Below are positions 1 through 10,627 of a stretch of DNA of 64,000 bases, piece after piece (positions within the stretch are counted from its first letter, which is position 1; the number at the start of each line of letters is the position of its first letter). This DNA is from Candidatus Falkowbacteria bacterium (GTDB taxonomy: Bacteria; Patescibacteriota; Patescibacteriia; CAIXNZ01). The stretch is from positions 90,855 through 154,854 of the forward strand of contig CAVZGV010000006.1 in the NCBI GenBank assembly GCA_963774955.1, read 5' to 3'. The notes below the pieces were generated by a model, which did no database searches, was not told where the DNA came from, and worked only from the letters and a program-made list of their open reading frames with translations. Both the position numbers and the translations under genes were made by a program.

Positions 1-588
1 GTTACTTTATCTCCGACTCCCAGCTGTTGCGGCGGTATATAAGAAATATCCTTTATTTCCAGATTATATATTTCCTGATATAAGCTGGTATAATTAATTT
101 CTTTAACCCATTTAACGTTGCTAAAAACCAACTGATTGGCTTTATTGCCGGTCTCTACTGCCAAGGCTACAAAATATTTACTTTCAGCAGGCATAATAAA
201 GCCTGATCTTTTTATACTATACTTATCCCCCATTTGGAATTGATAATCAAAGGTTGCATACCAGGTCTTATTTGGATTTGACACACTGGCCACAATATCA
301 AAGCCTTTTGTGCTTGGATAGCTTGACAGTTGATTTACCTTTAAAGCTTGAGGCAAGGCTACTTGCTTATAATCAATGAGATCCTGTCTGGTGGTAATTA
401 AGCTATTAAGCGACTGCTGATAAGCAACCCTATAAATACCCAGATTTAAAATTAATAGATATAAATTCAAAGAGATAAAGAAAACAACAAAAATAATCAA
501 AAAAACAATAAATATGTCCTTTATTAAAAGCTTGTGCGTCACCAACCAATATGCCCGACCCAATTGTCTTTCTGATATATTATCCATA
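1..588 (-). CDS. hypothetical membrane-anchored protein, partial (C-terminus runs off the window start)
   Basis: Open minus-strand frame with ATG at 588 (MDNISERQLGRAYWLVTHKLL...) and an N-terminal hydrophobic helix. Absent from the ORF track because it is edge-truncated. Confidence 0.35.
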
Positions 589-778
589 TTATTCGTATTA
601 CTTAAATACGTCGGCAAATATTGCCAACCGATTAACAAATATCATTTTGTATATTATAACACAATTTAAAGCAGTAGTAAAAGCTTAAATTTACTCTAAA
701 AACTCTTGATGACTTAATTTTAAAATGCTATAATTAATTCAGACCTACACTCATCTGCTAGGCTAAATTTATTATTAA

Positions 779-2821
<2,043 letters not shown>

Positions 2822-2822
2822 A

Positions 2823-2857
2823 AAACCCCCCCGGAACCAATTGGTCCCGGGGGTTTA
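2823..2857. terminator. GC hairpin terminator after gyrB
   Basis: aaaaaCCCCCCGGAACCaattGGTCCCGGGGGttt: near-perfect stem flanked by A and T runs, so it could work in both directions. Confidence 0.6.
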
Positions 2858-2974
2858 AGTTAGGGTTTAGTTCCCTCTTTGAGAAATTTATTGACTCTGG
2901 CCATATGCCGTTTATTTCTGGCAATGGCTTTATCAGCCCAGTCCAATAAGGTCCTCAGCTTATACTCACGCATT

Positions 2975-3262
2975 TTATCCTCCTTGCTCTCCACCAGATA
3001 TCTGTCTGGCACCCTGAAGTTCCAAAATTATTAAATCGTGTTCCTGACCGTCCTTATCCCTCAGAATGAATTGGCCCCCATGTTTGTAATGATGATATAG
3101 CTTTATCACCAACTTGATGGCCAGCCGCATCAAAGAAGATAAAGACGTCCCCAATTCCTGCAAAATGTCATCGTAGGAACCTACTTCGCCCTCACCCAAT
3201 TTGAAAGTCACTGTCCGCCTGTCCGCTTTGTTACTGTTTCTGCTTGTCCCGCTTCCGCTCAT
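2975..3262 (-). CDS. hypothetical small protein (GC-rich islet gene)
   Basis: ORF with a GGAGG RBS 9 nt upstream of the ATG at 3262 (MSGSGTSRNSNKADRRTVTF...). Local GC is clearly above the flanks. Start chosen by RBS rather than the longest ORF. Confidence 0.4.
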   Translation of the reverse strand: MSGSGTSRNSNKADRRTVTFKLGEGEVGSYDDILQELGTSLSSLMRLAIKLVIKLYHHYKHGGQFILRDKDGQEHDLIILELQGARQISGGEQGG

Positions 3263-3503
3263 CTTCCGCTTCCTCCTTGCCCTCCGGAACTTTAGTGGAG
3301 GAGGGCTCTTTTGCGCTTGGTAAAAAAACAAATCCCACCACAAAACATCCCATTATTCCTTATTAAATAACATATTTTAATGTTTGTCAATCTGCCCACA
3401 ATCTACCCACTTGACTTTTTTAGCCAAAAGTATACAATATATATATAAAGACCCCGCAGGGTCTTTTTAAAATCGAAAAAACAAACCGATTTTCATTAAC
3501 TAT

Positions 3504-3710
3504 TTGCCTAATAATATGAACAACCCGGTTCAAAAAATCACTGATTACATTAAAGATTCAATAGCAGAACTGAAAAAAGTCACCTGGCCGACAAAAAAAC
3601 AGACAACAGAATATACACTTTTGGTTATTGGTATCAGCCTTGGCCTGTCTATTTTTATTGGTATTGTCGACTATATCCTGACTTTGGGAGTCGAACAAAT
3701 AATTAAATAA
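3504..3710 (+). CDS. secE: preprotein translocase subunit SecE
   Basis: 68 aa with a single C-terminal TM helix, placed immediately upstream of nusG (conserved secE-nusG-rplK-rplA order). Confidence 0.7.
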   Translation: MPNNMNNPVQKITDYIKDSIAELKKVTWPTKKQTTEYTLLVIGISLGLSIFIGIVDYILTLGVEQIIK

Positions 3711-3758
3711 AAATAAATATATGAATTACTAAAAAATTCGCAATAATTAGTTAATCCT

Positions 3759-4301
3759 ATGGCAAAACAAATCTCACGCGGCAAACGCTGGTATGTTATC
3801 CACACTTATTCAGGGTATGAAGAAAACGTAGCTGATAATTTAAAACAAAGAGTTGAATCCATGGACATGGCCGATAAAATTTTTGATGTTATTATTCCTA
3901 CTGAAAAGAAAATTAAAATTAAAAACGGCAAGAGGAAGTCCGTCATAGAAAAAATTTTTCCAGGCTACTTAATGGTTCAAATGATTGTTACCGATGATTC
4001 CTGGTATGTGGTGCGTAATACGCCCAATGTCACTGGCTTCGTGGGCTCAGGCACAACGCCCACCCCTGTTTCCGAAGACGAAGTGAAATCCCTGCTAAAA
4101 AGAATGGGCACCGATGAAGCCAAATTTAAAATTGATGTTTCTGAAGGTTCCCCTGTCAAAATCACTGACGGACCGTTTAAAAACTTCGAAGGTAAAGTTA
4201 CGACAGTTGATGAAGCCCGCGGCAAAATTAAAGTTCTGGTTTCCATGTTTGGTCGTGAAACCCCTGTCGAACTTGACTTTTTGCAGATAAAAAAGATATA
4301 A
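3759..4301 (+). CDS. nusG: transcription termination/antitermination factor NusG
   Basis: NGN domain (RWYVIHTYSGYE) and C-terminal KOW (GSPVKITDGPFKNFEGKV). Sits in the canonical operon position. Confidence 0.9.
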   Translation: MAKQISRGKRWYVIHTYSGYEENVADNLKQRVESMDMADKIFDVIIPTEKKIKIKNGKRKSVIEKIFPGYLMVQMIVTDDSWYVVRNTPNVTGFVGSGTTPTPVSEDEVKSLLKRMGTDEAKFKIDVSEGSPVKITDGPFKNFEGKVTTVDEARGKIKVLVSMFGRETPVELDFLQIKKI

Positions 4302-4421
4302 TCCATTAACGGTAAATTGCTTATTTCCTTATGTCCTAACAAGGAGCTTCTCATCAGGAAATAAAATATAAATAATTTCTAATTTTTGACTTTTGAATTC
4401 TGACTTTTTAGATATAAACAT

Positions 4422-4847
4422 ATGCCAAAACCAATAAAAACTATAATCAAATTACAAATCCCCGCCGGCGCGGCTAATCCAGCACCTCCGGTTGGTCCGG
4501 CTTTGGGTCAGCATGGTTTGAATATTCAGGAGTTTTGCAGCAAATTCAATGATGCGACCAAAGATAAAAGCGGCAGTATTATTCCGGTTGAAATTACTGT
4601 TTTTGATGACAGAACTTATGAAATCAAATATAAAACCCCGCCTGTTGCCGAACTGTTAAAAAAGGCTGCCGGTATTGAAAAAGGATCAGGCAAACCGTTG
4701 CAGGAAAAAGTCGGCAAAGTTACTAAGGCGCAACTCCGTGAAATAGCAGAACAAAAAATGGTTGACTTAAACACTGAAGATGTGGAAGCTGCCATGCGCA
4801 TGATCGCCGGTACTGCCCGCCAGATGGGCCTAACTGTTGAAAACTAA
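4422..4847 (+). CDS. rplK: 50S ribosomal protein L11
   Basis: [22 protein letters not shown] is a highly conserved L11 N-terminus; 141 aa. Confidence 0.95.
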   Translation: MPKPIKTIIKLQIPAGAANPAPPVGPALGQHGLNIQEFCSKFNDATKDKSGSIIPVEITVFDDRTYEIKYKTPPVAELLKKAAGIEKGSGKPLQEKVGKVTKAQLREIAEQKMVDLNTEDVEAAMRMIAGTARQMGLTVEN

Positions 4848-4975
4848 CCGAACTTTAGACTTTTAACTTTATACTTTAAACTTATAAAAAGTGTGGGAGC
4901 TTCGGCGCCAAAACCACGCAATACTACTACCCTATTAAATAAAGACGGTGTATTGCGTATACATCGTTTTTTGTA

Positions 4976-5054
4976 TCTACAGATTACAGATAAGTACAGA
5001 TTTACAAATACATCAGCCGAAATCTGTATATCTGTATAGATCTGTAATCTGTAG
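4976..5054. repeat. long imperfect palindrome of 'tacaRat' units in the rplK-rplA spacer
   Basis: Left arm tacagattacagataagtacagatttac; the right arm is its near reverse complement (gaaatctgtatatctgtatagatctgtaatctgta). A related copy lies at 39898..39972. Confidence 0.6.
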
Positions 5055-5101
5055 AAGTATTGCAACCTAATTAACCTAATATAACCTAAATAAACCATCC
5101 T

Positions 5102-5803
5102 ATGAAAAGAAAACCAAAATCAGCTCCGCATTCCCAAAGATATGCTGGGTTGGTAAGCAAAGTCGACAACAATAAGACTTATTCTATCGAAGAAGCCATT
5201 AAACTGGCCAAAGAAACAGCCACAACAAAATTTGAATCATCCATCGAAGTAGCCATCAGAACTGGTATTGATCCCAGCAAAACCGATCAGCAAATTCGTT
5301 CAACTGCGCTTTTGCCTCATGGCACCGGTAAAAAAATAAAAATCGCGGTAATCGCTCCGGCCGACAAACAAAAAGAGGCCAAAGACGCTGGGGCAACCAT
5401 TGTCGGCGGCGAAGAACTGATTGATGAAATCGCCAAAACTCAAAAAACCAACTTTGATGTTTTGATTACGGTTCCTGAAATGATGAAAGATTTGGCTAAA
5501 GTAGCTAAAATTTTAGGACCTAAAGGTTTAATGCCTAATCCCAAGACTGAAACAGTAACCCCTAATATTAAAAAAGCTGTTGAAGAATTATCTAAAGGCA
5601 AAATCACTTTTCGCGCTGATGACACTGGTAATATTCATCTAAGCATCGGCAAAACCAAGTTTGACGACCAAAAGCTGATCGAAAACTATAAAACTTTCAT
5701 GGAAACTCTGCAAAAAGTTAGACCTAGTACCATAAAAGGAGACTATATTAAAAAAATCACCATCTCTTCCACCATGGGACCAGGCATAAAAGTTCAAATT
5801 TAA
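5102..5803 (+). CDS. rplA: 50S ribosomal protein L1
   Basis: 233 aa with L1 signature regions (KFDVLITVPEMMKDLAKVAKILGPKGLMPNPK), directly after rplK. Confidence 0.95.
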   Translation: MKRKPKSAPHSQRYAGLVSKVDNNKTYSIEEAIKLAKETATTKFESSIEVAIRTGIDPSKTDQQIRSTALLPHGTGKKIKIAVIAPADKQKEAKDAGATIVGGEELIDEIAKTQKTNFDVLITVPEMMKDLAKVAKILGPKGLMPNPKTETVTPNIKKAVEELSKGKITFRADDTGNIHLSIGKTKFDDQKLIENYKTFMETLQKVRPSTIKGDYIKKITISSTMGPGIKVQI

Positions 5804-5834
5804 ACTGAAAATTACTTCACATATGCGGGTGAGA

Positions 5835-5869
5835 AAAGCCCTCCGAAGCCTCGGCGCAGGAGGGTTTTT
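5835..5869 (+). terminator. rho-independent terminator after rplA
   Basis: aaaaGCCCTCCgaagcctcggcgcaGGAGGGtttttt. Confidence 0.7.
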
Positions 5870-5947
5870 TCATTGACAAGACTCTTTATTTTCTAACTAA
5901 GTCATGATAAAATACAACCAGTTTAAAAATTAATGATTTAAAAAAAT

Positions 5948-6484
5948 ATGGCTGAAGAACGTAAACATTATCGCCCAGGCTGGGATGATTATTTCATGGC
6001 AATTGCCAAAATAATTTCCAGCCGTAGTACTTGTGATCGACTCTATTCTGGTGCGGTATTAGTTAAAGATAACCGAATCATTGCCACTGGCTATAACGGA
6101 GCGCCGCCTGGATTGCCCCACTGTCATGACGCCGGACATTTATTGGAAGAAACTCACTGCATTAGAACAATCCATGGTGAGCATAATGCCTTGCTGCAAG
6201 CTGCGGTTTTAGGCGCAACTAGCACAGTAGGTTCAACAATGTACACCAAATATGTCCCCTGCATGCATTGTTCCAAATATGTGGTAGCCTGCGGAGTCAA
6301 ACGAATTGTCTCAGCCAGGGTCTATCGGGCAGCCCAGGCAATTGAATACTTGGAGCAAGCCGGTGTTCAAGTCGATATTTATCAGGAAAATCCAGAATGG
6401 AACGAAGAATTAGAACTGATTTTCTCTGAAGGGATCCCTGAAAGAATTAATCACGGCGCAATTAAATTAGAAGAAAAGAAATAA
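5948..6484 (+). CDS. comEB: deoxycytidylate (dCMP) deaminase, ComEB-type
   Basis: Cytidine/dCMP deaminase zinc motifs: HGEHNALLQAA (H-x-E) and YVPCMHCSKYV (PC..C). Confidence 0.8.
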   Translation: MAEERKHYRPGWDDYFMAIAKIISSRSTCDRLYSGAVLVKDNRIIATGYNGAPPGLPHCHDAGHLLEETHCIRTIHGEHNALLQAAVLGATSTVGSTMYTKYVPCMHCSKYVVACGVKRIVSARVYRAAQAIEYLEQAGVQVDIYQENPEWNEELELIFSEGIPERINHGAIKLEEKK

Positions 6485-6496
6485 CCATCACAGTTT

Positions 6497-7057
6497 ATGT
6501 CAACCAATAAAATAATTCTGGGCTTTGTCGGACCGATTGCCTCGGGCAAAGGTACTGTCTGCCAATATCTCAAAGAAACATATAACACGGATATTTTGCG
6601 CTTTTCGACCATGCTGCGCGATGTGTTAAACCGTTTTTACATCGAACAAAGCCGGGAAAATATGCAGGTCCTGTCTTCATCTTTGCGCCAGATTTTTGGC
6701 GATGATTTAATGGCTAAGACTATAGCCAATGATGTCAATCATTCTGAAGCAACAATTATTGTCTTGGACGGAGTGCGCCGCCAAGCAGATATAAAATACT
6801 TAAGGGAACTACCGGATTTTCATCTGGTGGAAATAAACGCTGACCAGAAAATTCGCTATGAACGAATTACCAAACGCGGTGAAAATTCAGACGATATCCA
6901 AAAAACCTTTGAGGATTTTCAGGCTGATGAGCTCAAAGAAGCCGAACTGCAAATTAAAGACGTGGCTAAAACCGCCGAATTTCACCTTGATAATAATGGC
7001 AGCAAAGAAAATCTTTATAAACAAATAGAAGACATTATTAAAAGACTTCAATCATAA
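6497..7057 (+). CDS. adenylate-kinase-family nucleoside monophosphate kinase (specificity unknown)
   Basis: P-loop GPIASGKGT and an NMP-binding-like VLDGVRRQADIKYL. Sits inside the dCMP deaminase / ThyA / tmk cluster. Confidence 0.5.
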   Translation: MSTNKIILGFVGPIASGKGTVCQYLKETYNTDILRFSTMLRDVLNRFYIEQSRENMQVLSSSLRQIFGDDLMAKTIANDVNHSEATIIVLDGVRRQADIKYLRELPDFHLVEINADQKIRYERITKRGENSDDIQKTFEDFQADELKEAELQIKDVAKTAEFHLDNNGSKENLYKQIEDIIKRLQS

Positions 7058-7061
7058 TTTC

Positions 7062-7781
7062 ATGTCCTGGCCCAAATATTATACCAACCAAATTCTGATC
7101 CCCTCCGCTGATGGCTTTATCGGCATAGTTTCTGGCTGGACCAAGAAAGAACATATTGAAGAATTAATAGCCAGCGAGAATAAAAGTAAAGTCGGCGCTA
7201 TCGGCCAATTATACAGCAAGGAAGGCATAAACTACATTATTCGCAATCTTTTTTTAAATCCCAAAATGACTCGGCTGATCGTGACCGGCAGAGATTTATC
7301 AGGCAGTGTGAAATTTTTCCAGGAATTTTTAACTAACGGCACGGGGCAAGAAATTATTCACCAAGAAATACCCGCTGAAAAAATTCAAACCTTTATTGAC
7401 TGGTTTAAAACAAATACCGATTTTATTGCCGAAGAGGACTTGAATAAAATATTAAATGAGATTCAGGCTCCGGCCAGCTCCTGGATTTCTGACATAACCG
7501 AATTTCCCGATCCGGCCCAGCGTGAAAACATTGATTTCCCTTCTGAAGCAATCTGTTTTCGTCTGGAAGATAAAAAAATTGCCGATCTCTGGCTGAAAGT
7601 TTTAGACCGAGTTCTAAAATTTGGCGTTAATAAAATGAGCCAGTATTCAGAGATGCAAAGAGAGCTGATCAATATTACGACAGTAATCAACGACGAAGAT
7701 CCGGACAACCCTTTTTTACCCGAGCATCTTTATTTTAATCTCACAAGATCTGGAAAATTATTATCCGCAATTAATGACTGA
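7062..7781 (+). pseudogene. N-terminal extension plus first part of a thymidylate synthase (ThyA)-family gene, ending at a frame break
   Basis: The last ~70 aa (ADLWLKVLDRVLKFG...) align to the ThyA N-terminus (YLELMQKVLDEG...). The ORF stops at a TGA overlapping the ATG of the next fragment (aATGACTGA). The first ~165 aa are an unassigned domain. Confidence 0.45.
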
Positions 7782-8450
7782 CCATGTTTTTGAAGGCGTA
7801 GAATATACTTATGGCAGCCGTTTTCGAAATTTTAACGGCATTAATCAGATTGAAGCCTTAATTAAGGATTTACAGGCCAATAATTACAGCCGCCGCGCCA
7901 TTGCTTTTACCTGGGATGTCATGAAAGATACCGGCAATCCCAAAAGCCCTGTATCAACCTGGTCAATGCCTTGGTCCAGGGAGATAAAGTCTATCTGACA
8001 ACCTATATCCGTTCCAATGATATGTACCGCGCCTGGCCGCAAAACGCCTTTGCCTTAAGAAAAGTTCAAAAGGAAATTGCTGATGCCTTGGGTATAAAAA
8101 TGGGCAAACTCTGTATAATTTCCAATTCAGCCCATATTTATGAACGCGATTTTTTGGCTGCTTCGGAAATGGTGGAAAAACACAAACCGCAGGCTGAATG
8201 CATCCAGGATCCGCGCGGCAGTTTCGCTCTGGCAGTTGAAGACGGAAAAATAGTCGCCAGCCATTTTTCTCCCGACGGCCAGTTTATCCAAAAATTTGAA
8301 GGTCAAACTGCCACTGAAATCAACAACCAAATTTTTACTTACATTTCCGAAATCCTGCATGCCCTGGACTTAGGCCGTGAATTAATGAAAGCGGAATTGG
8401 CCTTGAAAAATAATTTGTCTTACACCCAGGATCGGGAACTAAAAATTTAA
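7774..8450 (+). pseudogene. thyA: thymidylate synthase (ThyA)-family gene body, interrupted by a -1 frame change near 7935-7950
   Basis: Frame +1 gives YGSRFRNF...SRRAIAFTWD (ThyA YGKQWRAW...SRRIIVSAWN). The catalytic P-C (KPCINLVNALVQGDKVYLTTYIRSNDM, cf. APCHAFFQFYV...LYQRSCD) appears only after shifting to frame 0 around caatCCCAAAAGCCC. The gene is therefore read in frames 0, +1, 0 across three ORF fragments. Confidence 0.6.
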
Positions 8451-8459
8451 GTTAACATT

Positions 8460-9134
8460 ATGGCCCAAGGAAAATTTATTGTCATCGACGGTACTGACGG
8501 ATCTGGTAAAGCCACCCAGACCAAATTATTAGTGGACAAATTAAGCCAAAATAATTATCCGGTCAAAATGATAGATTTCCCCCAATACGGGCAAAAATCA
8601 GCAGGTTTAGTCGAAGAATATTTAAACGGCAACTATGGAGCAGCCCTTGAAGTCGGGCCTTATCGAGCCTCAATTTTTTATGCTTGTGACCGTTACGCAG
8701 CTGCCCCGCAAATAAACGACTGGCTAAATCAGGGCAATCTGGTAATTTCCAACCGCTATGTTTCCTCAAACATGGGGCATCAGGCCGGCAAAATTAAAGA
8801 CGAAACCGAAAGAGACAAATTTCTAGACTGGCTTTTTGATTTGGAATTTAACATTTTTAACATACCTAAACCAGATTTAAATATCTTACTTTATTTGCCT
8901 CCAGAAATCGGGCAGGAACTGGTTGATAAAAAAGGCAGCCGCGATTATGTCGGCGGCCAAAAACGGGATATTCACGAAGCTGATTTGCAACATTTAATCG
9001 ACGCCGCAGCAGCCTATAAATATGTAGCGGACAAATATAGCTGGAAGACCATAAATTGCGCGCCGGATAATGAATTAATGAGCATTGAAAACATTCACGA
9101 TTTGCTCTGGTCTGAAATAAAAAATATTCTCTAA
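8460..9134 (+). CDS. tmk: thymidylate kinase
   Basis: P-loop FIVIDGTDGSGKATQ and DRY motif (YACDRYAAAPQ); 224 aa. Confidence 0.85.
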   Translation: MAQGKFIVIDGTDGSGKATQTKLLVDKLSQNNYPVKMIDFPQYGQKSAGLVEEYLNGNYGAALEVGPYRASIFYACDRYAAAPQINDWLNQGNLVISNRYVSSNMGHQAGKIKDETERDKFLDWLFDLEFNIFNIPKPDLNILLYLPPEIGQELVDKKGSRDYVGGQKRDIHEADLQHLIDAAAAYKYVADKYSWKTINCAPDNELMSIENIHDLLWSEIKNIL

Positions 9135-9274
9135 GGTAACCCCTTCTTACTCTTATTACTCCTCTTCCCCTTCTCACGATTTTTTGCTAAACTTATACTA
9201 TATTTTGAACCGATAAAGCAACCCAATAAAACCTTATATAGCTTAATATAACCTTATATAACCTCTAAAATTTT

Positions 9275-9883
9275 ATGCAAACCAAACAAGGAAAATTCAT
9301 TGTCTTTTACGGCGTCAATAATCTCGGCAAATCTACTCAGGCCAAAATGACCGTGGAAAATTTAATTATAAAATCAGGAAAAGAGGCTGAATATCTCAAA
9401 TACGCTATTTATACACAGGAACCTTCCGGGACATTAATTACTTCTTATCTGCGCGAACGTAATCCTTACAATTTAACTGCGCGGGAATTTCAATTACTCC
9501 AGGTTTTAAACCGCACCCAATATGAACCAAAACTTAAAAATAAACTAGACAAAGGCACCTGGATTGTGGCTGAAGATTATATTGGTACCGGTGTAGCCTG
9601 GGGCATTGCTCAAGGCATGGAAAAAAGTCTGCTTTACAAACTCAATTCTCATTTAATAAAGGAAGATCTGGGTATTCTTTTCGAAGGTGAATCTTTCCAA
9701 AACAGTGAGGATAAAAAAAATATCCACGAAAGCGATCGGGCTTTACTGGCTAAAGTCAATGAATCATTCAAGGAAATTGCCCGTGATTTCGGCTGGCATA
9801 CGGTCAATGCCAATCAGCCGATTGCCACTGTCCAGCAAGAGATCATGGACATTATCAAAAGTAAAATAACATTTATTGAATAA
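9275..9883 (+). CDS. thymidylate-kinase-like paralog with the DRY motif replaced by EDY
   Basis: P-loop FIVFYGVNNLGKSTQ. The region aligning to the Tmk DRY motif reads IVAEDYIGTGVAWG (Arg replaced by Glu). Confidence 0.5.
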   Translation: MQTKQGKFIVFYGVNNLGKSTQAKMTVENLIIKSGKEAEYLKYAIYTQEPSGTLITSYLRERNPYNLTAREFQLLQVLNRTQYEPKLKNKLDKGTWIVAEDYIGTGVAWGIAQGMEKSLLYKLNSHLIKEDLGILFEGESFQNSEDKKNIHESDRALLAKVNESFKEIARDFGWHTVNANQPIATVQQEIMDIIKSKITFIE

Positions 9884-9894
9884 TTACTACATTA

Positions 9895-10626
9895 ATGGAA
9901 ACAAAATTAATTGACGTCTTCGATATTATAAAAAACGGCTGGAATCTATATCTGGAAAATTTTCACAAAGTCAGCGTGCCTATTTTTGTAACCTTAGGCA
10001 CCAGCGCTGCCGTTATTTTAATAGAATATTTTTTGCCCGGCTCTTTATTTTTATTTCTTTTTGCCACAGCCTTGATGATATTTATTAATATGTGGATGGT
10101 TATAACGCAGATACTCTTGGTCAATAAAATTTACCTCAAACAACCTGCCGATCTTGAAACTGCAGCCTCGCTCGGTTTTAGCAAAATACCTTCTTATTTA
10201 CTGATTGTAATCTTGAATTTTATAATTATTCTTATCGGGCTGGTACTTTTAATTATTCCCGGGCTAATTTTTACTGTCTGGTATCAATTTTCAATCTATA
10301 TAACTCTGCTGGATAAAGATGACCATAAAGGAGTCGCCGCGCTCAAAGCCAGTAAACAACTGGTTGACGGCCGCTGGTGGCCGACTTTTAGCCGCTTGAT
10401 TTTACCGCCTCTTTTTATTTGTCTGATTTTAGCGCCGATTGCCGTGGCCCTAATTTATATGCTGACATTAGGCGGTTATGATGCCACGGATTATAATAGT
10501 CTATTAATCTTCAGATCTGTGTCCTCCTTTATTTCCCTGCTTTTTGCTCCGTTATTTATTGCTTTTGTCATTATTTTATATTACAATCTTAAGGAAACTA
10601 AAAATCAAAACCCGGAAGAAAATTAA
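9895..10626 (+). CDS. polytopic integral membrane protein, unknown function
   Basis: About 6 predicted hydrophobic helices and a pyrimidine-rich, AT-rich composition. No recognisable catalytic motif. Confidence 0.45.
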   Translation: METKLIDVFDIIKNGWNLYLENFHKVSVPIFVTLGTSAAVILIEYFLPGSLFLFLFATALMIFINMWMVITQILLVNKIYLKQPADLETAASLGFSKIPSYLLIVILNFIIILIGLVLLIIPGLIFTVWYQFSIYITLLDKDDHKGVAALKASKQLVDGRWWPTFSRLILPPLFICLILAPIAVALIYMLTLGGYDATDYNSLLIFRSVSSFISLLFAPLFIAFVIILYYNLKETKNQNPEEN

Positions 10627-10627
10627 A

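Noticed and set aside
2862-2978. A 38-aa ORF with a GGAGG RBS (MREYKLRTLLDWADKAIARNKRHMARVNKFLKEGTKP), directly downstream of the 2975-3262 gene.
   Set aside because: It might be a genuine small partner gene (toxin/antitoxin-like pairing), but it has no recognisable motif, so it is not reported as a feature.
9205-9274. Repeated aacct(a/t)a motifs just upstream of several start codons (5063-5100, 9225-9270), and weak or absent Shine-Dalgarno sequences for many native AT-rich genes.
   Set aside because: This is probably a compositional feature of the leaders in this genome, and there are too few instances to call a motif.
10544-10627. A 5' extension of the gatB ORF that overlaps the preceding membrane-protein gene.
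   Set aside because: The conserved GatB N-terminus starts at MELIPVIGLEIH, and the extension is an out-of-context lysine-rich tail.
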